DNA from: Escherichia coli
Lineage (GTDB): Bacteria; Pseudomonadota; Gammaproteobacteria; Enterobacterales; Enterobacteriaceae
Length of the DNA: 32,004 bases
Direction: 5' to 3' (one strand)
Assembly: GCF_003334815.1 (NCBI RefSeq)
Contig: NZ_QOWO01000042.1
Shown here: piece by piece, positions 1 through 15,539 of the stretch
How the letters are laid out: every line of letters starts with the position of its first letter
How positions within the stretch are numbered: position 1 is the first letter of the stretch
Program-made: the position numbers and the translations under genes
Notes under the pieces: model-generated
Databases searched by the model: none
Told to the model about the DNA's origin: nothing
The model's input: the letters and a program-made list of their open reading frames with translations, nothing else

Positions 1-70
1 CGTGTCAGTGGTGGCGCATTATAGGGAGTTATTCCGGCCTGACAAGAGGAAATTTAAAATAATTTTCTGA
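1..70 (-). promoter_or_regulatory. rRNA-operon P1-type sigma70 promoter with AT-rich UP element, transcribing leftward out of the window
   Basis: Minus-strand reading gives AGAAAATTATTTTAAATTTCCTC (UP element) - TTGTCA (-35, + coords ~40-45) - 16 bp spacer - TATAAT (-10, ~18-23) - GCGCCACC discriminator - start near pos 9. Matches the rrn P1 architecture from memory. Confidence 0.8.
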
Positions 71-94
71 CCGCGCATTTTTTATTCTTTATGC

Positions 95-640
95 TTATTT
101 CAGCGTCGGTTTGTCGGTTAAATGGGCGATTTCTCGGGCGAAATTCGCCACCTGCTCCCAATCGGTATAGACAACTTCTTTGCGCGTATCCGTTTCACCG
201 CCTGACATCTTCATAATCAGCTTGATCATAAAACGGTCGTACCAGCGATAACGTGGGTAACGCAGCGCCCCGGCAATGACCGCGCAGCGATCGGGACGCC
301 ATTGCGAGTTCATCAGAAACTTGCGCGCGTAGCTGTTGGTCTGTGGAGTACGCTTCTCCGGTTTGCGCGCCACCAGATTCACGGAGTAAAAGGCGCTCGG
401 CATCGAATTCAGCCGCGTCGCATGTTTTTTGACAAATTCCTGGAACGCTGAATGGTAGTGACCATAGCGAATAGAAGCACCAATGACCACACGGTCATAG
501 TTTTCCCACTGTGGTTCTTCAATGCGGTGCACATTGGCGACATCCGCCTGGATCCCCAGTTCTTTCAGTTCCGAAGCCAGGTAGGAGGCAATCTCGCGCG
601 TTTGTCCGTCCCTTGTTGAGAAAAGAATTAATGTTTTCAC
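95..640 (-). CDS. hemG: Protoporphyrinogen IX oxidase HemG (flavodoxin-like), 181 aa, GTG start
   Basis: ORF track protein [29 protein letters not shown]... recognised as HemG; start codon on the sequence is GTG (cac on + strand at 638-640). Confidence 0.93.
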   Translation of the reverse strand: MKTLILFSTRDGQTREIASYLASELKELGIQADVANVHRIEEPQWENYDRVVIGASIRYGHYHSAFQEFVKKHATRLNSMPSAFYSVNLVARKPEKRTPQTNSYARKFLMNSQWRPDRCAVIAGALRYPRYRWYDRFMIKLIMKMSGGETDTRKEVVYTDWEQVANFAREIAHLTDKPTLK

Positions 641-651
641 GTATTACTCCA

Positions 652-2103
652 TCATTCACGCCAGAAAGTCGGGGTAAAGAGCACCAGCAATGTAAAGACC
701 TCGAGACGACCAAACAGCATGTTGGCAATCAGGATCCATTTAGCCACCGGGTTCATACTGGTAAAGTTATCAGCAACCACGCCAAGCCCTGGCCCCAGGT
801 TATTCAATGTCGCAACAACCGACGCAAAGGCAGAAAAGTCATCCACGCCCGTGGCGATAATCGCCAGCATACTGACAATAAACACCAATGCATAGGCGGA
901 GAAAAATCCCCAAACGGCTTCGAGGATACGTTCCGGCAGTGCGCGATTCCCCAGCTTAATGCTATAGACGGCGTTCGGATGCACCAGTCGTTTCAGCTCA
1001 CGGTTCCCCTGCTTAAACAGCAGCAGGATGCGGATCACCTTCAGGCCACCGCCCGTTGACCCGGCGCAACCGCCGATAAAGGCTGAACATAAAAGCAGTA
1101 CCGGCAAAAAGAGCGGCCAGCGGGCAATGCTGTCAGTTGTAAACCCGGCGGTTGTCGCCATCGACACCACCTGGAAAAACGCCTGGTTAATTGTCATCAG
1201 CGCCGAACTGTAGACATTATGAAACCACAGTACGAGGGTACAAATAACCACCAGCGTAAACTGTACGCCGATAAACATGCGAAATTCCGGATCGCGCCAA
1301 TAAACCTTCAGACTACGCCCACTTAACAGTGAAAAGTGCAGACCGTAGTTACAGCCGGAGATCAGCAGGAAGATAGCAATGATAGTGTTAATAGTCGGGC
1401 TATCGAAATAACCGATACTGGCATCATGTGTCGAGAAGCCGCCAATAGCGATAGTCGCAAAGCTATGGCCGATGGCATCAAAGGCATCCATTCCGGCAAA
1501 CCACAACGCCAGCGCACAGGCGACGGTCAGCAAGACATAAATCAACCACAGGGTTTTCGCCGTTTCCGCAATTCGCGGGCGCATTTTGTTATCTTTCAGC
1601 GGGCCGGGCATTTCTGCGCGATAGAGCTGCATCCCACCCACGCCGAGGATAGGCAGTATCGCAACCGCCAACACGATGATCCCCATCCCGCCAAACCATT
1701 GCAGCATCTGGCGATAAAAGAGGATGGCGTGAGGGAGCGAATCCAGCCCCACCAGCGTAGTGGCTCCCGTAGTGGTCAGGCCAGAGAAAGATTCAAAAAA
1801 CGCATCGGTAATCGTGAGGTTCGGGCTTTCCGAGAAAATAAAAGGGAGCGCACCGACGCTACCCAGCACGGTCCAGAACAGCACCACTATCAGAAACCCC
1901 TCACGGGATTTAAGTTCGCCTTTCTCTTTGCGGTTCGGCCACCACAGCATAGAGCCAATGGCGAGGGCGACAAAAAAGGTCTGGGTAAAAGCGCGGCCCG
2001 CTCCATCCCGGTAGATGAGTGCTACCAGCCCAGGGATAATCATGGTCCCTGAAAATAAGATGACCAGTAGTCCAACGATTCGGGTAATGGCGCGAAAATG
2101 CAT
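652..2103 (-). CDS. trkH: Potassium uptake protein TrkH, 483 aa, polytopic membrane protein
   Basis: 483-aa hydrophobic ORF beginning MHFRAITRIVGLLVILFSGTMIIPGLVALIYRDG, recognised as TrkH; 11-bp spacer to hemG. Confidence 0.93.
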   Translation of the reverse strand: MHFRAITRIVGLLVILFSGTMIIPGLVALIYRDGAGRAFTQTFFVALAIGSMLWWPNRKEKGELKSREGFLIVVLFWTVLGSVGALPFIFSESPNLTITDAFFESFSGLTTTGATTLVGLDSLPHAILFYRQMLQWFGGMGIIVLAVAILPILGVGGMQLYRAEMPGPLKDNKMRPRIAETAKTLWLIYVLLTVACALALWFAGMDAFDAIGHSFATIAIGGFSTHDASIGYFDSPTINTIIAIFLLISGCNYGLHFSLLSGRSLKVYWRDPEFRMFIGVQFTLVVICTLVLWFHNVYSSALMTINQAFFQVVSMATTAGFTTDSIARWPLFLPVLLLCSAFIGGCAGSTGGGLKVIRILLLFKQGNRELKRLVHPNAVYSIKLGNRALPERILEAVWGFFSAYALVFIVSMLAIIATGVDDFSAFASVVATLNNLGPGLGVVADNFTSMNPVAKWILIANMLFGRLEVFTLLVLFTPTFWRE

Positions 2104-2141
2104 CTCTGCCGCTTCCTTAGTTCTGCAAAACGAAGTGGGGA

Positions 2142-2756
2142 TTATTCTTCAATCGCTAACAATTGCAATGAACCACGGCTAAAATCCGCCAGCTTTGCGG
2201 AAAATTCAGCCACTTTCGCCGCCGGAAGCGCCACCCGCAGCAGAACGAATGCCTGATAATCACTGTTGATAATTTTGCCGTCACACTGCCCCAGCAACGC
2301 TTCAATGCCGGTTAACTGATGATATTCACATTGCAAAGTATATTCGGTTAATGGCGTCTTGCGTTGGGTCGTTAGCTGGCGCAGCGCCTGATTCACGCCG
2401 CCGCCATACGCTTTCACTAACCCACCGGTGCCAAGCAATATGCCGCCGTAGTAGCGCACTACCACAGCGGTAATTTCCCCGACGCCGCTGCCCATTAGCT
2501 GGGCGAGCATCGGTTTACCTGCCGTTCCCGCCGGCTCCCCGTCGTCAGAGAAACCCAGCTGTTGAGAATCATCCGGCGCACCCGCGACCCACGCCACGCA
2601 ATGGTGCCGGGCATCGGGGTGTTCTGCCCGCACCGATTCAACAAACGCTTTCGCCGCCTCAACGCCATCGGTATGCGCCAACATCGTTATGAAGCGGCTC
2701 TTTTTGATCTCTTCAACGACCGTGACCGGTGCCGCAGGAATTAACCAGCTTTCCAT
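2142..2756 (-). CDS. yigZ: IMPACT-family protein YigZ, 204 aa
   Basis: ORF track gives [20 protein letters not shown]...; the first codon is GTG and the second is ATG. ATG at 2754-2756 taken as start, overlapping the pepQ TGA by 1 nt. Confidence 0.88.
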   Translation of the reverse strand: MESWLIPAAPVTVVEEIKKSRFITMLAHTDGVEAAKAFVESVRAEHPDARHHCVAWVAGAPDDSQQLGFSDDGEPAGTAGKPMLAQLMGSGVGEITAVVVRYYGGILLGTGGLVKAYGGGVNQALRQLTTQRKTPLTEYTLQCEYHQLTGIEALLGQCDGKIINSDYQAFVLLRVALPAAKVAEFSAKLADFSRGSLQLLAIEE

Positions 2757-4087
2757 CACGCCAGTTTCAGATCCCGGGTCATGTTTTCCACGTTGTTTTC
2801 GTGGATCACCACGTTGTCTTCGATACGAATGCCGCCGAACGGTTTCAGTGCTTCAATTTTCTGCCAGTTGAAGTGCTTGCTGAACTGCCCTTCACGCCAC
2901 GGTGCCAGTAGCGATTCGATGAAGTAGATACCCGGTTCGATGGTTAACACCATGCCCGGCTGGAGAATACGGGTGCAGCGCAGGTACGGATATTTTGCCG
3001 GTGCCGCGAGGTGCGTACCGCTATCATCCTGCATAAAACCAGCGACGTCATGCACCTGCAGGCCCAGCGGATGGCCGATACCATGCGGCATAAACGGCCC
3101 GGTAAGATCGTTTTCGACCATCGCTTCTTCACTCATATCGGTGATGATTTGATGTTTACGCAGCAGTTTGGCGATGCGCTGATGGAACTGGATGTGGTAA
3201 TCCACATAGCTGACGCCTGCTTTCATGGTGGCGATCAGCGCCAGTTGTTCATCATTAACGTCCTTCACCAGCTGCGCGTAGTCGTTGTCACTTTTTGCCG
3301 ACCAGGTACGGGTCAGGTCAGCCGCATAGCCGTTATATTCTGCCCCGGCATCCAGCAGGAAGCTGCGCATCTCTTCCGGTGCCTGATGGTCCAGTTTGGT
3401 GTAATGCAGTACCGCAGCGTGTTCGTTAAGCGCCACAATGTTGCTGTAAGGTACGTCGGTATCACGATGACCGGTCGCGGTCAGATAGGCAATGTTGATA
3501 TCGAACTCGCTCATGCCAGAACGGAACGCTTCTTCTGCCGCGCGGTGACCGTTGACCGCCATTTTCTGCGCTTCACGCATACAGGCCAGTTCGTACTCAG
3601 TTTTGAAGGAGCGATAGTAATGCAGGTAGTCGATAACCCCTTTCGGGTTGATGTTGCTGGCCTCAATACCCAGTTGCAGCGCACGTTCCGGCACCGGACC
3701 GATATAACCGATATTGCCGCGCGCAGCAGGCAGCAGGCTACCAATGCCATCGGCTTTCGGCAGCGCGATCACTTCCACATCTTCAGTCCAGAAAGAGGTC
3801 GGCAGCGGTTCGACGTTGTGCCAGTAATCAACCGGCAGATAGAACCACAGTTTCGGCTTGTTCACGCCATCCACCAGCAACCAGCAGTTTGGCACCTGAG
3901 TTACCGGCACCCACGCTTTGAATTGCGGGTTCACTTTAAACGGATAGGGATGATCGTCGAGAAAAACATTGAACAGCTCGCCGGAGTGAATAAGTAACGC
4001 ATCCAGCTTGAAGCGCGCCAGCGCATCGCGAGTCCGTTCTTGTAAGGTAGCTATATGATTTTTATAGAGCGAGGCCAGTGATTCCAT
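2756..4087 (-). CDS. pepQ: Xaa-Pro dipeptidase (prolidase) PepQ, 443 aa
   Basis: 443-aa [40 protein letters not shown]... recognised as PepQ (M24 metallopeptidase family). Confidence 0.93.
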
Positions 4088-4234
4088 TTTTTACCCTTCT
4101 GTTTTTTTGACCTTAAGTCTCCGCATCTTAGCACATCGTTCATCCAGAGCGTGATTTCTGCCGAGCGTGATCAGATCGGCATTTCTTTAATCTTTTGTTT
4201 GCATATTTTTAACACAAAATACACACTTCGACTC

Positions 4235-4251
4235 ATCTGGTACGACCAGAT
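4235..4251 (+). promoter_or_regulatory. FadR operator in the fadBA promoter
   Basis: Near-perfect dyad ATCTGGTACGACCAGAT about 25 bp upstream of the fadB ATG; fits the FadR operator consensus (TGGT-N3-ACCA core). Confidence 0.8.
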
Positions 4252-4276
4252 CACCTTGCGGATTCAGGAGACTGAC

Positions 4277-6466
4277 ATGCTTTACAAAGGCGACACCCTG
4301 TACCTTGACTGGCTGGAAGATGGCATTGCCGAACTGGTATTTGATGCCCCAGGTTCAGTTAATAAACTCGACACTGCGACCGTCGCCAGCCTCGGCGAGG
4401 CCATCGGCGTGCTGGAACAGCAATCAGATCTAAAAGGGCTGCTGCTGCGTTCGAACAAAGCAGCCTTTATCGTCGGTGCTGATATCACCGAATTTTTGTC
4501 CCTGTTCCTCGTTCCTGAAGAACAGTTAAGTCAGTGGCTGCACTTTGCCAATAGCGTGTTTAATCGCCTGGAAGATCTGCCGGTGCCGACCATTGCTGCC
4601 GTCAATGGCTATGCGCTGGGCGGTGGCTGCGAATGCGTGCTGGCGACCGATTATCGTCTGGCGACGCCGGATCTGCGCATCGGTCTGCCGGAAACCAAAC
4701 TGGGCATCATGCCTGGCTTTGGCGGTTCTGTACGTATGCCACGTATGCTGGGCGCTGACAGTGCGCTGGAAATCATTGCCGCCGGTAAAGATGTCGGCGC
4801 GGATCAGGCGCTGAAAATCGGTCTGGTGGATGGCGTAGTCAAAGCAGAAAAACTGGTTGAAGGCGCAAAGGCGGTTTTACGCCAGGCCATTAACGGCGAC
4901 CTCGACTGGAAAGCAAAACGTCAGCCGAAGCTGGAACCACTAAAACTGAGCAAGATTGAAGCCACCATGAGCTTCACCATCGCTAAAGGGATGGTCGCAC
5001 AAACAGCGGGGAAACATTATCCGGCCCCCATCACCGCAGTAAAAACCATTGAAGCTGCGGCCCGTTTTGGTCGTGAAGAAGCCTTAAACCTGGAAAACAA
5101 AAGTTTTGTCCCGCTGGCGCATACCAACGAAGCCCGCGCACTGGTCGGCATTTTCCTTAACGATCAATATGTAAAAGGCAAAGCGAAGAAACTCACCAAA
5201 GACGTTGAAACCCCGAAACAGGCCGCGGTGCTGGGTGCAGGCATTATGGGCGGCGGCATCGCTTACCAGTCTGCGTGGAAAGGCGTGCCGGTTGTCATGA
5301 AAGATATCAACGACAAGTCGTTAACCCTCGGCATGACCGAAGCCGCGAAACTGCTGAACAAGCAGCTTGAGCGCGGCAAGATCGATGGTCTGAAACTGGC
5401 TGGCGTGATCTCCACAATCCACCCAACGCTCGACTACGCCGGATTTGACCGCGTGGATATTGTGGTAGAAGCGGTTGTTGAAAACCCGAAAGTGAAAAAA
5501 GCCGTACTGGCAGAAACCGAACAAAAAGTACGCCAGGATACCGTGCTGGCGTCTAACACTTCAACCATTCCTATCAGCGAACTGGCCAACGCGCTGGAAC
5601 GCCCGGAAAACTTCTGCGGGATGCACTTCTTTAACCCGGTCCACCGAATGCCGTTGGTAGAAATTATTCGCGGCGAGAAAAGCTCCGACGAAACCATCGC
5701 GAAAGTTGTCGCCTGGGCGAGCAAGATGGGCAAGACGCCGATTGTGGTTAACGACTGCCCCGGCTTCTTTGTTAACCGCGTGCTGTTCCCGTATTTCGCC
5801 GGTTTCAGCCAGCTGCTGCGCGACGGCGCGGATTTCCGCAAGATCGACAAAGTGATGGAAAAACAGTTTGGCTGGCCGATGGGCCCGGCATATCTGCTGG
5901 ACGTTGTGGGCATTGATACCGCGCATCACGCTCAGGCTGTCATGGCAGCAGGCTTCCCGCAGCGGATGCAGAAAGATTACCGCGATGCCATCGACGCGCT
6001 GTTTGATGCCAACCGCTTTGGTCAGAAGAACGGCCTCGGTTTCTGGCGTTATAAAGAAGACAGCAAAGGTAAGCCGAAGAAAGAAGAAGACGCCGCCGTT
6101 GAAGACCTGCTGGCAGAAGTGAGCCAGCCGAAGCGCGATTTCAGCGAAGAAGAGATTATCGCCCGCATGATGATCCCGATGGTCAACGAAGTGGTGCGCT
6201 GTCTGGAGGAAGGCATTATCGCCACTCCGGCGGAAGCGGATATGGCGCTGGTCTACGGCCTGGGCTTCCCTCCGTTCCACGGCGGCGCGTTCCGCTGGCT
6301 GGACACCCTCGGTAGCGCAAAATACCTCGATATGGCACAGCAATATCAGCACCTCGGCCCGCTGTATGAAGTGCCGGAAGGTCTGCGTAATAAAGCGCGT
6401 CATAACGAACCGTACTATCCTCCGGTTGAGCCAGCCCGTCCGGTTGGCGACCTGAAAACGGCTTAA
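4277..6466 (+). CDS. fadB: Fatty-acid oxidation complex alpha subunit FadB (enoyl-CoA hydratase / 3-hydroxyacyl-CoA dehydrogenase), 729 aa
   Basis: ORF track 4151..6466; accepted N-terminus [23 protein letters not shown] begins at the ATG at 4277, preceded by GGAG; the upstream in-frame extension is rejected. Confidence 0.93.
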   Translation: MLYKGDTLYLDWLEDGIAELVFDAPGSVNKLDTATVASLGEAIGVLEQQSDLKGLLLRSNKAAFIVGADITEFLSLFLVPEEQLSQWLHFANSVFNRLEDLPVPTIAAVNGYALGGGCECVLATDYRLATPDLRIGLPETKLGIMPGFGGSVRMPRMLGADSALEIIAAGKDVGADQALKIGLVDGVVKAEKLVEGAKAVLRQAINGDLDWKAKRQPKLEPLKLSKIEATMSFTIAKGMVAQTAGKHYPAPITAVKTIEAAARFGREEALNLENKSFVPLAHTNEARALVGIFLNDQYVKGKAKKLTKDVETPKQAAVLGAGIMGGGIAYQSAWKGVPVVMKDINDKSLTLGMTEAAKLLNKQLERGKIDGLKLAGVISTIHPTLDYAGFDRVDIVVEAVVENPKVKKAVLAETEQKVRQDTVLASNTSTIPISELANALERPENFCGMHFFNPVHRMPLVEIIRGEKSSDETIAKVVAWASKMGKTPIVVNDCPGFFVNRVLFPYFAGFSQLLRDGADFRKIDKVMEKQFGWPMGPAYLLDVVGIDTAHHAQAVMAAGFPQRMQKDYRDAIDALFDANRFGQKNGLGFWRYKEDSKGKPKKEEDAAVEDLLAEVSQPKRDFSEEEIIARMMIPMVNEVVRCLEEGIIATPAEADMALVYGLGFPPFHGGAFRWLDTLGSAKYLDMAQQYQHLGPLYEVPEGLRNKARHNEPYYPPVEPARPVGDLKTA

Positions 6467-7639
<1,173 letters not shown>

Positions 7640-7645
7640 CCACTT

Positions 7646-7830
<185 letters not shown>

Positions 7831-7890
7831 GGTTTGCCAGATACGTCATAGATCTAAATGCCACTGAATAACAGTTTAGTTGCCGTTCTT

Positions 7891-7918
7891 CCCGCCTGTC
7901 AGGGGCGGGTTTTTTTAT
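7891..7918 (+). terminator. Rho-independent terminator, probably ending the fadBA transcript
   Basis: CCCGCC-TGTCAG-GGGCGGG hairpin followed by TTTTTTTAT on the + strand, downstream of fadA and the REP cluster. Confidence 0.7.
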
Positions 7919-7921
7919 ATC

Positions 7922-8623
7922 TCAGATAAATGCAAACGCATCGCCAAACAGGCGATCTTCCCGCGCATTACGCTCACTGCAAAACAGATCGCGGGCAATT
8001 TTCGCCATCTCAAAACGTCCGGCAATATAGATATCATGCTCTGCCAGCGTACCGTGATCCTGCAATACCGCCGTTAACACGGTGCCAGTACGCCCACGCC
8101 AGCCCGCTTCCGGTTGTTCAACCACCGGCACCACTTGCAGACCAGGATGCTTCAACGAAAGCGCCTCAAGCTCGCAGAGATCATACAGATGCTGCTCTTC
8201 ACGCCCGCCCCAGTAAATGGTGATATCACGGTTTGGGTTACGCGCCAACGCTGTCAGCAAAATCGAGCGGGCATAAGAGAACCCGGTGCCGCCCGCAATC
8301 AAAATCATCGGACGCTCTTCATCATCGCGCAGCCACGCTTCTCCGTGGGGAATGTCGACCACGATTTGATGATCTTTGAGGATGCGGTCCATGACTGCTT
8401 TCGCGTAAAGGTTGATTTCAGAAGCGCCAATATGCAGCTCGATAAACCCTTTTTCATCCGGCGTCGAAGCCATTGAGAACGGACGTTTGTCGCGCTCATC
8501 CATCACTACCATCAAATACTGACCAGCACGAAAAGAAAAGGCCGCGTCTGGCACGATGCGGACACGATATACGGTATCCGTGATAGCTTCTACCGAGGTC
8601 ACTTTACAGCTTAAGGTTGTCAT
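7922..8623 (-). CDS. fre: NAD(P)H-flavin reductase Fre, 233 aa
   Basis: ORF track 7922..8656 (TTG-initiated 244 aa); accepted N-terminus [21 protein letters not shown] is the internal ATG, 11 codons in. My own frame count placed this ATG 1 nt lower, so the start is +/-1. Confidence 0.88.
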
Positions 8624-8668
8624 GCGCTTTCTCTGTCGGATCGATAAATAGGGCAAAACAAACGCGCA

Positions 8669-10162
8669 TCAGGCGCTTTTACCGTTGTTAAAAATAGCCA
8701 GTTCATCCCAGATGGCGTCAATATGCGCGACAACATCTGGATCTTTTTTGATGGGACGTCCCCATTCACGCTGGGTTTCCCCCGGCCATTTATTCGTGGC
8801 ATCCAGCCCCATTTTTGAACCCAGCCCGGAGACAGGCGAGGCAAAATCCAGATAATCAATAGGCGTATTTTCTACCAGAACAGTATCCCGCGCCGGGTCC
8901 ATACGGGTGGTAATCGCCCAAATCACATCGTTCCAGTCGCGTGCGTTAACGTCATCATCGCAAACGATCACAAATTTAGTGTACATAAACTGGCGTAAGA
9001 ACGACCAGACGCCCATCATGACGCGCTTCGCGTGTCCGGCGTACTGTTTTTTGATTGTCACTACCGCCAGGCGATAAGAGCAGCCTTCCGGCGGCAGGTA
9101 AAAATCGACAATTTCCGGGAACTGTTTTTGCAGAATCGGCACAAACACTTCGTTCAGTGCGACACCCAGCACCGCGGGCTCATCTGGCGGACGCCCGGTA
9201 TAGGTGGAATGGTAAATCGCATCTTCACGCTGGGTAATATGCGTCACGGTAAATACCGGGAAACTATCGACTTCATTATAGTAACCGGTGTGGTCGCCAT
9301 ACGGCCCTTCCGGCGCAGTTTCGCCTTGTTCGATATACCCTTCCAGCACAATCTCCGCACTGGCGGGCACTTCAAGATCATTGGAGATACACTTCACCAC
9401 TTCGGTCTTGGTGCCACGTAGCAATCCGGCAAACGCATACTCTGAAAGCGTATCCGGAACGGGAGTGACTGCACCGAGAATCGTGGCGGGATCGGCACCC
9501 AGCGCCACAGAAACCGGGAAACGTTCGCCCGGATGCGCCGCACACCACTCCTGATAATCCAGCGCGCCGCCGCGATGCGACAGCCAGCGCATAATCAGTT
9601 TGTTTTTACCAATCAGCTGCTGGCGATAAATGCCCAGATTCTGCCGCTCTTTATGTGGGCCGCGCGTCACTGTCAGCCCCCAGGTAATCAGCGGCGCGGC
9701 ATCTTCCGGCCAGCAGGTCATAATGGGAATGCGATTGAGATCGACGTCATCGCCAGAGACGATTTTTTGTTGGCAGGGCGCACCACGCAGCCGCTTTGTC
9801 GGCATGTTCAATACTTGCTTAAACTGCGGCAGTTTATCAAACAGGTCGCGGAAACCTTTTGGCGGCTCCGGCTCTTTCAGAAACGCCAATAATTTACCAA
9901 CTTCACGCAGCGCCGAAACATCTTCCTGCCCCATGCCCATCGCCACGCGCTTTGGCGTACCGAACAGGTTGCACAGCACCGGCATTGAGTAGCCTTTAGG
10001 GTTTTCGAACAACAGCGCAGGCCCACCGGCACGCAAAGTGCGGTCAGCAATTTCAGTGATTTCCAGATGCGGATCCACCGGGAGCGTGATACGTTTTAGC
10101 TCACCCTGCTGTTCAAGCAGCGTCAAGAAGTCGCGTAAATCGTTATATTTCATGGCGTCCAT
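8669..10162 (-). CDS. ubiD: 3-octaprenyl-4-hydroxybenzoate decarboxylase UbiD, 497 aa
   Basis: [41 protein letters not shown]... recognised as UbiD. Confidence 0.94.
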   Translation of the reverse strand: MDAMKYNDLRDFLTLLEQQGELKRITLPVDPHLEITEIADRTLRAGGPALLFENPKGYSMPVLCNLFGTPKRVAMGMGQEDVSALREVGKLLAFLKEPEPPKGFRDLFDKLPQFKQVLNMPTKRLRGAPCQQKIVSGDDVDLNRIPIMTCWPEDAAPLITWGLTVTRGPHKERQNLGIYRQQLIGKNKLIMRWLSHRGGALDYQEWCAAHPGERFPVSVALGADPATILGAVTPVPDTLSEYAFAGLLRGTKTEVVKCISNDLEVPASAEIVLEGYIEQGETAPEGPYGDHTGYYNEVDSFPVFTVTHITQREDAIYHSTYTGRPPDEPAVLGVALNEVFVPILQKQFPEIVDFYLPPEGCSYRLAVVTIKKQYAGHAKRVMMGVWSFLRQFMYTKFVIVCDDDVNARDWNDVIWAITTRMDPARDTVLVENTPIDYLDFASPVSGLGSKMGLDATNKWPGETQREWGRPIKKDPDVVAHIDAIWDELAIFNNGKSA

Positions 10163-10283
10163 TGTAGCCTCTTAATCTGCGCCCATTATACGGCGTTCAT
10201 CTTTGCGATGCTGTAAATTTGTTAAATTAGCGTGAACTCTGACGGTATAACGCAAACCGGGGAATATAATTAACTTAGCGTAA

Positions 10284-11596
<1,313 letters not shown>

Positions 11597-11613
11597 CCTG
11601 TACTCCATATGAC

Positions 11614-11635
11614 AACCGCCCTGACGGGCGGTTGA
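11614..11635 (-). promoter_or_regulatory. Perfect 9-bp-stem hairpin between tatC stop and tatD start (possible attenuator or processing site)
   Basis: CAACCGCCC-TGAC-GGGCGGTTG; on the minus strand it is not followed by a U-tract, so it is not a canonical intrinsic terminator. Confidence 0.55.
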
Positions 11636-11637
11636 AT

Positions 11638-12414
11638 TTATTCTTCAGTTTTTTCGCTTTCTGCTTCAGCGTCGTTTTCCTCTTCCCGATTTCGCCCTTT
11701 ACCAACGTAAAAGCGTGAGAAGAAGACACCGATTTCAAACAGACAGTACATCGGGATCGCCAACAGCGTTTGCGAGAAGACATCCGGCGGCGTCAGCAAC
11801 ATCCCGACAACGAATGCACCAACCAGCACATACGGGCGTTTTTTGCGTAAGTCTTCTGGCGAGGTAATCCCCATCCAGCACAGCAGCACAATTGCTACCG
11901 GCACTTCAAAGGAGACACCAAACGCCATAAACAGCGCCATAACGAAGCTTAAATAGCTGGCGATGTCGGTGGATACCTGCACCCCTTCCGGCGCGGTATT
12001 GGCAAGGAAGCCAAATGCCAGCGGAAAGACCACAAAGTAGGCGAATGCCATGCCGATATAAAACAGCAGAGAGCTGGAAACCAGCAGCGGCACCACCAGG
12101 CGACGTTCATGCTTATACAGCGCTGGGGCGATAAATGCCCACACCTGATAGAGAATCACCGGCGCTGACAGAATCAGCGACACCATAAAGGTCAGCTTGA
12201 TCGGCGTAAAGAACGGCGAGGCCACGTCGGTGGCGATCATCGTTGAACCTTGCGGCAACTGCTTGATCAATGGCGCGGATACCAGGTGATAGATGTCATT
12301 GGCGAAATAGACCAGACACAGGAATATCACGATCACCGCGATAATGCAGTTCAGCAGACGCTTACGCAGCTCAATCAGATGCGTGATAAGCGGTTGAGTA
12401 TCTTCTACAGACAT
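11638..12414 (-). CDS. tatC: Twin-arginine translocase subunit TatC, 258 aa
   Basis: [39 protein letters not shown]... recognised as TatC. Confidence 0.95.
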
Positions 12415-12416
12415 GT

Positions 12417-12932
12417 TTACGGTTTATCACTCGACGAAGGGGAAGGTGCAGCGGTTTTCGGTTCAGCGTCCGCAGCAGGTTTTACCACCGGCTCTGGCGT
12501 GGTTTCTGGCTTCTGTTCCGGCGAACTGGCCTGCGTTTGTGCAGCGGCAGGCGTTACGCCCTCATGCGCAGCTTCATTATCTTTCACCACCGGGTTATGG
12601 ATGGTGTGCGCTTCATCGCTCGCCTTTTCAGGATCGTTTGCAACGTAGGAACGCTTCATCGACTCCGCGGCCTGGCGTAGTTCATCCATCGACGCTTTCA
12701 GTTCGGGCGTCAGGTTAGTGAGGCTCGCCTTTTCAACCTTTTTCAGACTGTCCTGAAACTCCTGGAGTTTTAACTCCTGGGTCAGTTCGTTCTGCACCGT
12801 TGTCGCCAGTGAACGCAACGCGCGAATCCAGCCCGCTACCGTTTTTACCGCCACAGGCAGTCGTTGCGGCCCCAGAACGACGAGGCCGATGATGAACACC
12901 AATAGCAGTTCGCTAAAACCGATATCAAACAC
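12417..12932 (-). CDS. tatB: Twin-arginine translocase subunit TatB, 171 aa
   Basis: [41 protein letters not shown]... recognised as TatB; 2-nt gap to tatC. Confidence 0.95.
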
Positions 12933-12935
12933 GGA

Positions 12936-13205
12936 TTACACCTGCTCTTTATCGTGGCGCTTCGCGTCTTCTGTTTTAGCCTGTTCCTGATTCGTATCCG
13001 CCTGCTTATCGGCGATAGTTTTCGCAGTAAAATCAGCATCCTGACTGGTTTTATCCTGCTTTGGTTCATCATCGCTCATTGCTTTTTTAAAGCCTTTGAT
13101 CGACGCACCAAGATCGGAACCGATGGAGCCGAGCTTTTTGGTGCCAAAAAGCAGTACAACGATGACGGCAATAATCAATAACTGCCAAATACTGATACCA
13201 CCCAT
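12936..13205 (-). CDS. tatA: Twin-arginine translocase subunit TatA, 89 aa
   Basis: ORF track 12936..13247; accepted N-terminus [27 protein letters not shown] starts at the ATG at 13203-13205, preceded by a GAGGAA SD. Confidence 0.92.
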   Translation of the reverse strand: MGGISIWQLLIIAVIVVLLFGTKKLGSIGSDLGASIKGFKKAMSDDEPKQDKTSQDADFTAKTIADKQADTNQEQAKTEDAKRHDKEQV

Positions 13206-13283
13206 ACATGTTCCTCTGTGGTAGATGATGATTAAACAAAGCCGCATTATACGTTACACGGCCCGCCTTGAGCGATGAAAAAA

Positions 13284-15526
<2,243 letters not shown>

Positions 15527-15539
15527 TTCCGGTCTCCTG

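Noticed and set aside
3011-3997. Long ORFs antisense to real genes (3011..3997 + 328 aa in pepQ; 5561..6574 - 337 aa in fadB; 1336..2052 + 238 aa in trkH; 14025..14651 + in ubiB; 18000..18674 + in udp; 20475..21050 and 21519..22112 + in metE; 23301..24068 + in yigM)
   Set aside because: Each lies entirely within a well-recognised gene on the opposite strand. Their translations are low-complexity and R/H/Q-rich with no recognisable fold, typical of shadow ORFs in GC-rich coding DNA.
8624-8656. N-terminal extensions offered by the ORF track (fre TTG at 8656, tatA 13247, ubiJ 15571, udp 18725, ysgA 18915, yigL 25076, fadB 4151)
   Set aside because: Each extension precedes an internal ATG with a much better Shine-Dalgarno sequence that matches the N-terminus I recall for the known protein. 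Several extensions overlap the upstream gene or begin with TTG or GTG.
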